A stretch of DNA of 64,000 nt from assembly GCA_965178125.1 (NCBI GenBank), contig OZ237737.1:930001-994000 (forward strand). Reading direction: 5' to 3'. The stretch is from Bilabrum cf. latius (taxonomy: Eukaryota). Each line of letters begins with the position of its first letter. Positions within the stretch are counted from its first letter, which is position 1. The notes beneath the pieces are model-generated. The model did not search any database. It worked only from the letters and a program-made list of their open reading frames with translations, and was not told the DNA's origin. Shown here piece after piece: positions 1 to 12,100 of the stretch. The translations under genes were made by a program, and so were the position numbers.

Positions 1-1460
1 GACCGTTTGTGACAGCGTCAGCTGGAGGGCAGCCTCCGGTGCCCCACTTATTGCCGAGGTAAGAGCGCAGTCGGTTCTCATCGTTGAAGTTTGACGAGTT
101 CATGATCCCAAACTCCATGATCAATCCTTCGAAAGCATTGAAGCTCGCTCCGACCTGGAGTGGGTAGGAGCTGCCACTTGATAGCACGTTGGCTTTGTTT
201 GCAGCAGAAGTGCCGGTGGGTTGGTCGATGTAGTAATACCAGCTCAACGCATTGTCGACGCTGCCGTACTGGAGGCCGGACGTGCTGAAATCGATCTCAG
301 CGTAGATCCACACGCGACGCAACTGCGATATATCTTGTTGAGAGGATTAATACTTCAGAGTATTACTTGCAGCAGTGACTAGCGCATGCAACTGGGAGCG
401 GCTACTCACTCCAGACGAGTAGTCGGTAACCCTTGTGTACCCGATGTACGTCTTGTACAGAGCCGACGACGGGCTGTTTGGCAAGGACATGCCGCCGGTG
501 TAGCGGAAATTGGTTGTCTTCGAAGTCGACGCGACGAACGCGAATCGGCTGTTCGAGGAGGTGATGGACTGCATCATCTCCCAGTACGTGCGACGCTGCC
601 CAGAGGCGAATGGTTCACCCTTCCGGAGCATGGTGCCCCGGTTCACACTGTACCAAGAGCTGCCGACGATGTAGATCATGTGCCCCTGCGATTAAATAGG
701 TGACAAAAAAGGAGTTGAATCCCGTGTATCGCGCTAGTGCCGTCGCAGGCCACTTTCGCGACGTGTCGCAGCGAGGCGATGGTCGTCTTAAACTCACCCC
801 CGTGCCCATGTTCGCGAAATCGAGCTGGGCATCACTGGGTGCGGTCATGAAGTCACGTCCAGACCAGTCGAAGAACATACCGCTGCGTGGGGGAATCGAT
901 ACTGGAAGGGAACAAAAATACCGCGCTGCGGCGACTTATAAGCTCATTCTGACTACTCCTTGGGTGGTGCTCTCACGGTTGGCACATCAGCCTCCTAGTC
1001 ATAGTGTAGGGCTGGTTGGTTCTACTAGTCTGTGATTTGTCGTGATAAGGGATACGTTAAGGCAGGGAGGATGCACATACTTACCGGATACCACGGACAC
1101 TCGTTCGCGATCACAATTTGAGGCTACGCCGAAGCTCACCTACGTCAAAGTGCGACCCCTCCAGCTCTTCCAGGTCGATGGGTACGTCGTAGCCGTCTTA
1201 CTGAAGCTAGTAGCTGCGTATTCAAGGGCGGGAAGTTACCACAGGCATCAAATTATGCAGAAGCACAGAATGGCGCGTGCCACATGTCACAGCGCTTTGT
1301 GAGTCCTTCGGCAGCCTTCAGCGGCAGTCTCGATGAACCAGTGTTTGCAGTGGTACTCACTGTCCCAAAAATCGATCAGCTTGGAGCCAAGGGTCTGGTC
1401 TGGAACCATTTGAGCTGCAGCGCATGCTGCCACGATGCACGAGACAGCCACTGACAGCAT
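1..1460 (-). CDS. Gene A: 5' part (runs off the left edge) of a paralog of gene B, a secreted or membrane protein with a signal peptide; 5 introns; one in-frame TAG
   Basis: Predicted ATG at 1460 (MLSVAVSCIVAACAAAQMVP...DFWD). Introns at 1214..1360, 1030..1139, 883..976, 686..797 and 323..409 (GT..AG on the minus strand). The spliced product aligns exon by exon with gene B, e.g. YPSTWKSWRGRT, GSSWYSVNRGTM, YAEIDFSTSGLQYG and RLRSYLGNKWGTGGCPPA. TAG at 1140-1142. Confidence 0.85.
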
Positions 1461-2196
1461 TGCGTTGAATGTTGACCCACTCGGAAAAGCAGAGTCAATG
1501 CAATGGGGTTTGATACAGTCAACAAGTCAAACTTGCAAAATATGCACCAAATTCCAGACCTTGTGCGGATTTCTCCACAGTAAAAGTGCCAAACATCCGG
1601 ACAGCGATCATCCAAAACATTTTAACTCGTCGCGACGTGCACAATTCGGAGTCTTAAAATGCGCTAGTGGGGCTAGTGGTCGCAACTTTCTCAAGAATGT
1701 TTGGATTAAATGCATGGTATAAGCATTCAAAACATGAAAAATATATAGGCCAATACGATAAATGTGTAGTCGATTGCGCATTATGCGGCCATTCTCAAAA
1801 AAATCGCAATTTGGAGTACATCATGATCCTTCTCAAGTCTTGTTAGTGAGGCATGTACAATGTGTAATCTCACAGCTAGAGTACCGGCTGTTTGGCCCTC
1901 CAAAACAATATGACCATTACCTCCGCTTACACGCTCTCAAGTTTGACCTGCTGCTACTAGCGGATCTCGTCAAGCCGCCGCCCGCTGCCAGTCGCTAGCG
2001 GCGTAGCCGCTCACTGGCAGCTTGGCATAGGTTTCACGCCTCCTTTGTATCATTAAACAATTATCGCGGCAAGTGGACCATTTCAGAGCCGGCCTGATCC
2101 ACCACACTGCCCTTCCTTGTCGCGCTTTCTCCGAAGCGGCCAGTTTGCCTTTTAGAAAACAGTCCGTAATCAAGTGTCCTGAAAAGCCTGAATCAC

Positions 2197-2307
2197 GCCG
2201 GGGTCGTGCTGCTGCCCCCGCTGGTGGCCGCAGAGGTCCGGGCGGCATCCACCTGTTGCTGCTGCAGCCTCTCCTTGAGCTGCTACGCGGAGCTGTGCAG
2301 TCTGTTC
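2197..2307 (-). repeat. Isolated 111-bp copy of the gene C cytoplasmic-tail coding sequence (16895..17005)
   Basis: Same-orientation copy at an offset of 14698 bp with 7 mismatches in 111 nt by manual alignment. The flanks do not match gene C. Confidence 0.9.
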
Positions 2308-3177
2308 GCAGGTTAGGCCAATGAGGTCTCTGAGATTGAGGTCGTGCGTTGGGCGCAGTACCCGTTCGAGGTACAGGATCTATGATGCTACGAGGAGAGA
2401 GCGGTCGGTCGAGGAGGCGTCCAGTGAGTTGGTACGAGCAGAAGCGGCGGCTAGGGTGGACGAGAAGGATGAGGTCGGAGGGGGCAGGGGGGATGGTACA
2501 CCAGGTGGGCGGAGGCTTAGTGGATGAGATGATTGATGGGCTCATCTGGGTGACACAGTGAATTGAAAGGGGGAGACACACAGACCGGGCAGGGTGAGGT
2601 GGGTCGTGTGGGTGACGAGTGTGACCCAGATGAGGGATCGGATTACCCGACCACATGGGGGTAAGGCAATTAGGGAGGTCGCAACCAAGCTTGAGCGGCA
2701 ATCAAGCCGCGTGCTCTTCGAGCGCTGAGTCAGAGCGGCAGCGCTCGCCAGTTCTCCCAATCGGACGATGGGCCGCCTCCTCCGGATCTAGTAAGATGAA
2801 AATCAGCATCACTTGTTTGTTCCGTTCAAGCACCAGCAATAAGCCGATACAGTGGAGGGGCCTTGCGCCAGCAAGCTGCAATCCGTAGGAAACCTAGGCT
2901 GCAACTGCTGCGATCCGCCACCAGCACTCCCGGAAGGGGCAAACAATTAAGTGCACATAAACAATCGAAATTGAAATTGAAGTAGGGCTCGACTTCGGCT
3001 CCCATTCGAGGGCTACAAGCTCCGATTGCTTGGCGCTAGCCACACTAAGGCCGTCTCCGGATCTACTGATCAACAGAGGCAGCCAGTTGGCCATTTAACG
3101 CACCAATCCAACCATCTTCAAGCGCCCCGCGAATATACCTACTCATCGACCCGAGAAGAGAGTACCAGTGATGACAA

Positions 3178-6100
3178 TCACTGGCCCCCCTTCTTGGCGG
3201 CCATGGGGTTCACCATGCCGCCGTCAGCAGTGGCCCCGCTGGTGGAGGTGGTCTGCATCTGGCCAAAGGCCTTGCGTCCCTCCCCACCGCGAGCACCGCC
3301 ACCGACGCGCCTGCCTCCGGCGCGGCCGCGGCGAGCACCTGCCGCGGCTGTCTCCAAGCTCGATCCGCGCCGTCCCTGCACGCCAGCGCGGCGCATCTGA
3401 CGGGCCAGCTCCTCGATGTGCTTGGACAGGTTCACGTAGTTGCTGCGGATCTGCTCCCACGATGCGCCGCTCGGCGGGTTGCGCATCTGCAGCACCACCT
3501 GGGCGCGCTCCCGGATCTCCTGGGCCTCCGCCTCGGTCACGCCGCGCCCATCCGCGTCGGGGATCTCCTCGATCACGGGCCCGTCCTCCGCGTCCTCCTT
3601 CTTGGCGGCGGCGTCCTTCTCGGCGTTCTCGGCCAGGCGCTTGAAGATCGGGTTGGCGGACATGTCGGCGTCCGCGGGCTCGCCCTCCTGCGCCTCGAGT
3701 GCATCGGCCACGAGCTTGCGCTTGGAGGAGCCCTTCTTGGAGTTCTTCATGTTGCGCTGCTTCACCAGCAGAGCCTGCGCGTTCTCGTCGGCGCAGCCGC
3801 AGCACACCATGATCTGCTCGGGCAGCGTCTAAAGCTCGTCCGGCCGCATCTTGCCGCGGCGCACCATCTCCTCCTGGTACATGTACGAGATCTCCGTCAC
3901 CAGCACGAAGATGAAGTAGAAGATGGAAGAGAAGATCAGCGTCAGCACCAGGCCAAGCAGAGTGTCCACCTGAGGCTGGAAGAAGTCGCAGTTGTTCTCG
4001 ATCTCGCACTGAGTCTGGATCGCGTTGAAGCAGATGCCGGACAGGTTGATCAGCAGAGCAGAGAACAGCAGGCCCGACTCCAGCGTGTTCCACGAGAACA
4101 TGCTCACGGCCACGGAGCCCATGGCCTGGGCCACGGGGTTCGAGTATCGCACGGACTGGTTCGGGCGCGACCAGTCGGTCTTCTGCCCGGTCTTCTGCAG
4201 GCGCTTCTCCACATCCTTCACGTTCTTCTGCAGCTTGGCCCAGATGCTGTGCTCGTCCTCCAGGGCCAGGATCATGGTATGGCGCAGAGTCTCCTCGCGG
4301 TCGGCGGGGGCCATGTACGGCTGGTGGTACACCTGCAGGGCGTACGCGCACAGCAGCACAAGCAGACTCACGGACAGCTGCAGCGACGAGTTGTTCGCCC
4401 ACACCAGCGACGTGATGGCGATCAGTGCCTTGCGGGCCAGGATCACCACGATCCAAGAGTTGAAGCCCATCGTGCCGGCGGCGTACTCGGGACGGAACGC
4501 GAAGTACGACCGCTCGATCGACCTGCGAAGATCGTACGCGCGGGGGTTGCTGATGCGGTCGTACCCCAGGCCCTTGGCGCGCAGCAGCTGGTCCTCCATG
4601 ATGCGCTCCCGGTTGCTCCACAGCACGTAGCCCAGGATGGCGGGGAAGCCGAACGTGTAGAACAGCATGAACACAATGGCGATAGGGAACACACGCATGT
4701 GCAGCCCCCCGGGCTCGTAGCACGGCTCTAGGTCACCCACCAACATGTACGTGTTCGGATCCGAGTCGTCCACCTTGATGCAGTTCAGCGCCTCCATCAG
4801 CGTGGCAGTCACGAACAGGTACAGGAAGTAGCACACGATGATGCCGCCAGAGATCAGCTTGTTCACATGCGAGAAAGTAGAGTGCTTGTCGCTGCGACCC
4901 AGCACCAGGTACTTGTACAGCGCGAAACTGGCGAAAGCAAGGAACAGCATGGCGCCAACGGCCAGCGGGAATGCGATGGTGAAGTAGAACTTCTGCTCCC
5001 ACCCGACGTTCGGGCTGATGCACTCGGGCACGGCAAGGGAGATGTTCAGGTTGAACGCAGACATGTACGTCAGCAGGTCGTCCAGCACAGGCGGGTACTT
5101 GATGCGGGCGTTGGCGAACAGAGACACCACCTGGAACCAGTCCACACCGATCGATAGGATGGCGATGTTGATGTTGGTCGAGTTCAGCCACAGACCCATG
5201 CCACCGGCGCAGGCAGCAGCGATGATGAACGCCACGATCACCACCCACGGGTTGTCGGGGCACTTGGCGCACACGCCGGCCTTCTTGTAGTAGCCTTCGG
5301 CGCACGCGGCGCACCTGAACGAAGGAGCCTTAGACTCGTAGCCCTCGGCGCACGTGTTGTCGCCCATGCAAGCCTCGGCGGGCACGCAAGGCACGACGCA
5401 CACACCACGAGCCACCTCATCGCCGCGCTGCCCGCCAGTCACGGGGCAGATGGACAGCTCATCAGGGGTCTTCAGGTCGTACCAGCCACGGCGAGACACC
5501 GGGTACGTGTGCGAGTCAGTCTCAGAGTCGTAGCCGGCGCACATGGCACCCACCATCTCGCCCTGACGGGTCACAGGGCACTGCAGGCACGTCTCGCCCA
5601 CACCACCGAAGTACCCAAAGTCGCAGCCCACGATCAGCTTGTTCGAGCTCTCGGCCGACAGCTCGCCCTCCAGCGAGCCAACGCGCACGCTCACAGCCTT
5701 GGGACCGGCGGTCAGCAGGTCGGTGCGAAGCGCGGGGCAGCGGATGGCATCCTCCCACGCCTCGGGCTGCCCGCGGCCTCCCTGGCCCTTCTCCACACGG
5801 GCCACCACGTCGGAGCAGTTCACGTGCATCGCCAGCGTGGCGTTCTCGGTCACCTGCAGACGCCTGCCCTCGGCTGCCTCGCCCTCAGGCGCGCCGATGT
5901 CGAACTCAAGGTCGTCTTGAGTGTACATGCTGGTCACGTTGATGGCCAGCTCCAGGTTCCAGCCGTCCTGCACGTATCGCACGTTCTGGAACGAGTCGTT
6001 CGCAGGCCTGCGCACAGACCGCTCGTCCTCGAAGCGGCCCAGATACCGTCCAAACACCACGATGTCCTCGGGCTCAGCAGCGGCTCCGATCTGGGCAGAG

Positions 6101-9100
6101 TTCGTGATATACATGTAGCCAGGATCCACACGGGTAGGCTCCGGGTCACGGTACTCGTACGTCACCATGGATGAGCCAGAGCTGGACGACGACAGGGGAG
6201 GTGCCTGCGACATGGGCACCACCAGAGACGGACTCAGGCGGAGAGGTGCAGCGCGCACCACCTCCACAGACACCTGCTTGCTGGCTCCCACACCAGGCGG
6301 CACAACCACACGCATGCTCGTATCAGTGCGCTCCTCCACGCCACGAGGCATACAGCTGCGCACCTCCTGGATCACCTCGTCCTCGGCAGCCCAGTGGGCG
6401 GGGATCAGCCCGTCCACCACGTCGCGGCGCACGTCCACACTCGTCGCAGACCACTCCATGCTGTCCGTGCGGCAGCCACCGCCGACAAGCACACGCACAT
6501 GGTCCATGGGCGCACGGTGCGCGGCACCCAGAGGCAGGCTGCGGGGCTGGGCCAGCTCCTGGAACACGTCCTCGGTCTCCGAGTTGGTCAGCTCGTCCAG
6601 CACGGTGTCGGGGCCGAAGCTGCGGCCCTCCAGTACCACGGTCGATCCGCGAGTATGTGCGGCGCTCATGCGAGTCAGTGCATCCTCGCCCACGTCCTCG
6701 CCAGTGGCCTCGCCCTAGGGCACGTAGTACGTCAGGCCGCTCAGCTGAGGAGGCGCGAACCGCAGAGGCACGGCGCGGGGCACCAAGGCAGGTGTCGTGT
6801 CTGGGTCGTTCCAGCCGGGGATGATCACACCCGAAGGAGTGAAGGTCGATGCCTGCGGCTCCAGGGAGGCCAGTGCGCCACCACGAGCGGCCAGCAGCAC
6901 CACACGGTATCCGATGCCCTCGGGGATGGTCATCTCCACGGTCGTGTGGCTCCACGTCACGGACTGGGGACTCGGGCTAGACGGGTCAGTGCTGTTCGTG
7001 AAGGCCTCGCCCTCGCCCATGTACGTCTCGGCACCATCGCACGTGGGGATGGGCCTGGCACCAGAGGTAGGCACCCAGCTTGGGGGAGGGTCGATGTGGC
7101 TCAGGAACGCGCACTGCACCTTGCCGGTCTCGCGGCCCTGCGAGTCGGCCTGGGCAAGCACCTGGCGGCCGAAGTTGCGCCCACGGATGCGCACCACAGC
7201 ACCTCCCGTGGGGGGCGCCTCCAGGAATCCGCCAGAGCTACTGAAAGACAGGGTCTGAGCAGACACGGTCAGGGAGTTGCTCGACACGGCGGGCAGCGAG
7301 CCATCGCTCATGGCAGACGTGATCACCTCCACAGACTGGATCACGGGCCGGGCATAGCTGAACGCACCCGTGTAGACGTTGGACTCCTGGCCTGCCACCA
7401 CCACGCGCACGTAGTAGTCGGCACCACCGCCCTCGGGCAGAGGCACGGCGATCAGAGACTCACCTGCGCCCTCAGTCGTGATGTCGCGCACCACGTACAT
7501 GCTGTCCACCTCCATCTCGCCGGCGGCATCGTTGCGCCCGATGTACACGCGCGCTGACTCGTCCACGGGGTACACCAGGGGGTGGTACTGGCCGAGACCA
7601 GACCCGCGGATCACGACCCACAGATCTGCCTTGACGCCATACCTGTCCAGAGCCTGGTAGTGCTGGTCATCCAGGTCGATGCCAGTGGTGGGCATGCGGT
7701 ATCCGTTCGTGAAGGGATTGCCCTGGCTGTCCTGGCCCACCTCCACATCGCGGGCTCCCAGAGATCCGAACATGGACTGCTCCACATCCGCGTCATCTTC
7801 CGTGGCCAGCACCACGCTCGAGATCATAGGCATCTCGTACTTGAAGCGCACAGGGTCAGAGTCGTGGCCCAGGCCGTGGTCCACCACCAGCACCAGCTCA
7901 TCGTATGCGCCCTGGCCGCGAGGAGCATCCACCGTGATGCGAGCCATGCCGGATGTGGCAGAGTCCATGGTGATGGTGGCATCGCAGTCGCTTGAGCTGA
8001 AGCCCACGAAGTTGTTCGTCATGGCAGCCTGGCTGCACGCCACCAGCGAGTACGAATCGCCGAATGTCACGGTGGCCTTCATGCCGAAGTTGTGGCCCTG
8101 AAGCACGATGGCTCCACCGGTCGACGGGAACGTGGCCGCGTTGGCAGCCGATGTACCGGCGAAGGCAGTACCATCCACCTCGATGGCGGTCACCACGGGC
8201 TCGGCGTAGTCGATGGTCACGGCGGGAGACAGCTGGGTGCCGGCATACACGCGCACGGACACATCGCGGCCCTGCCCTGCAGGCACACGTACCCAGAAGA
8301 AGCACAGGTCCTCCAGCTGAGGTGCCGCTGAGGTAGTTGCCTGGTAGTACGCCTCGCAGGCAGCGCGCACGAAGGTGGCAGCACCGCTGCCCTCGGCCAC
8401 GAAGCGAGACTGAGACTCGGCGCCAGGAGTCGTGTCGGGCTCGTACGTCACACCAGTGATGGAACCAGTGTAGATCGCCGGCTCGGGAGCAGTGATGGAG
8501 CTAGTACTGAGCTGGCGGCGGTTCAGCAGACGGCCATTGCACATCCGCTGGTCGTTGTAGTTGACCTCGTCACAGTCGTTGCCAAACAGCGCAAGCACGC
8601 CCTTCTCGTCCTGCGATGTGAGCGACCGGAACGGCAAGGCGAGGCCTAGCACGTGCCCCTCGCCCGTCGTGGGGTACCCGCCCGGGGGCTGGCCCACAAG
8701 GTCCGAGATGATGGGAGCCTCCTGAGAGACCACCACGTCCTTGGTCGTGTACGTGTGCTCGGTGGCGGGCACGGTGCCCTTCACCTCGTCCAGCTTGTTC
8801 GTCGTCTCCACCACAGCGCGCACCGTGAAGGTACCGGCGCGCACCCACAGCCTGATCATGTCATCGCGCCACGCGATCAGCTGGAACTCCCGCTGATCAG
8901 CGGGCAGCTGCGTCTGCTGCACGTGCGAGACCCAGCCAGAAGCGCTCACGTTGCCACCGGCAGTGTCCTCGGCGAAGTTGCCCTTGTAGAACATCAGCGT
9001 GCGGCCCTCGGCCACAGGGTTCCCGCCAGGCACAGGTTCCATATGATCCGGCCCGGGCTCCAGCGTGATCAGCCGGTACGGGGTCTCAGCACCAGTGGTA

Positions 9101-12100
9101 TCTTCATCTGCTTGTAGCTCGAACCAGTCCGACAGCCTCTGGCCGCGCAGCGTGACCTCCCAGATGTTGCGAGTGAAAGTGTTCGCTTGGGATGGCTGTC
9201 CACCGAAGGCACGGGTGGCCTGCAGCTTGAGCTCATCGTCGCCAGACACAGCCACGGTGGTCATCTCGGGGAAGTCCAGCTCCGGCTCATTGTAGTGGAA
9301 CTGCTTCAGGCTTTCCCAGTCAGACCGAGACTCCACCTCGGCGTTCGTAGCCACCATGCCGGTCGCAGCGTCCATGCCCACGAGGCCCAGGCCAAGCACG
9401 TGGCCCCGGCCGAACCCAGGAGGCACCACAACACGCACAGCGCCCACGTCCAGGGGCAGGCCCTGGCCCGACTGGTACCCAGCCACCTTCCCACCGACAT
9501 CGTACTGCTGCCACAGATTGTTCACAGTACTGCGGTCCAGGGTGTCCACGAACACGCAAGCGGCGGAATCGTTCACCAGCTGCTCGGCATGGATGGGCAC
9601 CAGCGAGCCCAGGTAGCTCCGCACGGCCTGCTCGTACTGCTCGCGGTCCTGAGTCTTGCCCTCATCGTCATCGGGGATGGAGTCATCATCCAGAGAGGCA
9701 GGGCGAGGGGGGAAGCTCGGGTCCCACAGGCCAACCACGGCGGAAGTGGGGTCGCTGGCCGGCGGCAAATGCCTGGCGAACATCACCAGGGTCTCCGAGT
9801 TCCAAGGCATGGGCTTGGGGTTGCCCACATTCGGGGTCACGTACAGCGGCGTGGGCAGGCTGAAGTCGAACGTACCGCGGGGGTCGTTGCCGCCATCACC
9901 GCTCGCCTCGCTCACCTGGTCGGCCACAGACACGCGGATCTGGAAGTCACGCCCGATGCCGGGGCCCAGCTGCACCATGATCTGCTCGTGGGAGATCACC
10001 GTGTAGTTCAGCGCGCTGTTCCACTCGCCAGTCGCGGTCTTGCCGTACTCCACCCACTGCACCATCGCACCGGACGACTGCTCGGGGTCGTACATCTCAC
10101 GGGTGGGGGGGCCCAAGTTCTGACCAGTCACCAGCACCCAGGTGCCACCAGCCGAATCAGCGTCCTCAACACGACGGCCCATGGGTGTGCCGGGCATCAT
10201 GATCTCGTTCACGGTCGGGGCCTTGTACGATGCCTGGGGCACGCGAGACCGCTCACCATTCACCACCACGATCCACTCAAGGGCGCGACCAGCGCCAGGC
10301 AGGGTCATGCACTCCAGCTGGTAGTGCGCCTGTGTCATCACGCAGTCGCGACGGGGGTCCAGCACCACCAGGCCAGAGCCATCACCCAGAGCGGGCGCAG
10401 GGGCCATGGTCAGGCCCTGGGCCAGCGACACGTTCACGCGACCCTCGTAGGTTGAGTTCATGCCTCCCGGGTCTGCCACCTGCGCGATGTAGTTCACCGT
10501 GTCAGGTACCACGGGACCGAAGTTGCGGCCATCGATCACCACCTTCTGGCTACCCGTGGTGTTGGCGCGCACAGCACCCTCGCCGGTCAGCCCAGTCACA
10601 GTGGGGAAACCGTACCGGGTGAAGCCACGGCTCCACAGAGCCACCTGGCCACCCACCTCCACGGTCCATGCATGCGGGCCGTTTGCGTCCATCCACTCAG
10701 GCAGAGCTGCCATCTGGCAGTCGATGATGTCATCGCTGCGCACCACACAGGTGGACGCCTCGATGGACTCAGTACCGGCAGTCGCCTTCAGCTGGTCGCC
10801 GGGGTAGTTGGGCCAGCGGTACACAGGGTCAGGGCCGTAGTACGCCGTCACGGGCAGCTCGGAGCTGGGGTTGCCGAAGTACTGGCCACGGATGCGCACC
10901 ACATCGCCACCGGCAGTGTTGCCCTGCTGAGGCGGGTTGATGAGCTGGTACACCTGAGGCGGCCTGTACGACAGCGACCTGGTCCGGTACACGATGTTGG
11001 TCGACGGCAGCGTGCTCTCCTCGTGGCTGCACTGCTCGTCCTGCAGGATGTCAGGCGCAAGCACCACGTTCGTGTTGTCGGTGATCGTGACAGAGAGGCC
11101 GTGCCGGGCGCCGGCACCGCGCGTGTATCCCTCGCACGTGATCTGGGTGGATGCCTGGGTCAGCTCGCAGCTCAGCAGCTCAAACTGCCTGGAGCAGTCG
11201 GGGCCGAAGTACACAAGCGGCCTGGTCTCAGCTCCAAGCACCTCCATGGGACCGAAGTTCTCGCCGGTGATGATGAACCGGTTCCAGATGCGCCTTGAAT
11301 CAGCATAGCTGGTGGCATCAGCATGTGCCTGCTCATGAGTGTCGCCACGGGCGATCTCCTGGTCGTACCTGGTCTGGTACTCGGCCTCCCACGACCACCC
11401 CTCCGGCTCCATGTTGTGGTTGTACGTGTACGAGCTCGTGATGCCAGAGCGCAGGCTGATCACGCGAGGAGGAGCGTACGTCACGGTCTGTAGCTCGGGG
11501 GCCTAAGCAAACTGCCCACCCACAGACACTCGGATCTGAAGGTCAGCACCGATGCCCTCAGGGGCACCCACAAGCAGAGAGCCATGGTCGGCGCTCTCGA
11601 TCGACGTTGACACGAACCGGTACTCGCTAGAGGTAGGGGTCACCCGGCCCACGTACACCATCACAGCCTGCGGGTCGCTGCCCAGGTCAGTGCCAGTGAT
11701 CACGAACTTGCTGTTCAGCTCATGCGAAGACCCAGAGCCCACGCCCTTGGTATTCAGCCCACCTGCATTGATGGCCACCTGGTCCATGGTCACGGCCGTG
11801 ATGTTGGGAGCCTGATAGCCAAACTCCATCCGCCCGATGGCAAAGCTGCGGATCTCCTCGCCATTCACCATCGCGTACACCACCCAGTTGCACAGACCAG
11901 TGCCCTCGGGTGCTGCGCAGTTCAGGGTGTTGTCGTCGGGGGCGGTGCAGCTGGTGGTCTCGTACCTGCGTCCGATCGCGTTCGTGCCCACCACACGGAA
12001 GCCAGTGGCCCGCGAGAAGCGAGATCCGGCGAAACGCAGGGTCTCGCCACCAGACGTGGTCAAGGCGGTGCCAGTCGGCATAGTCACGGACTCCACCAGC

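Noticed and set aside
1970-2701. 243-aa minus-strand ORF in the A/B intergenic region as a gene or retroelement
   Set aside because: It is a Pro/Arg-rich product of skewed composition, crosses the duplicated tail fragment out of frame, and has no RT or transposase motifs.
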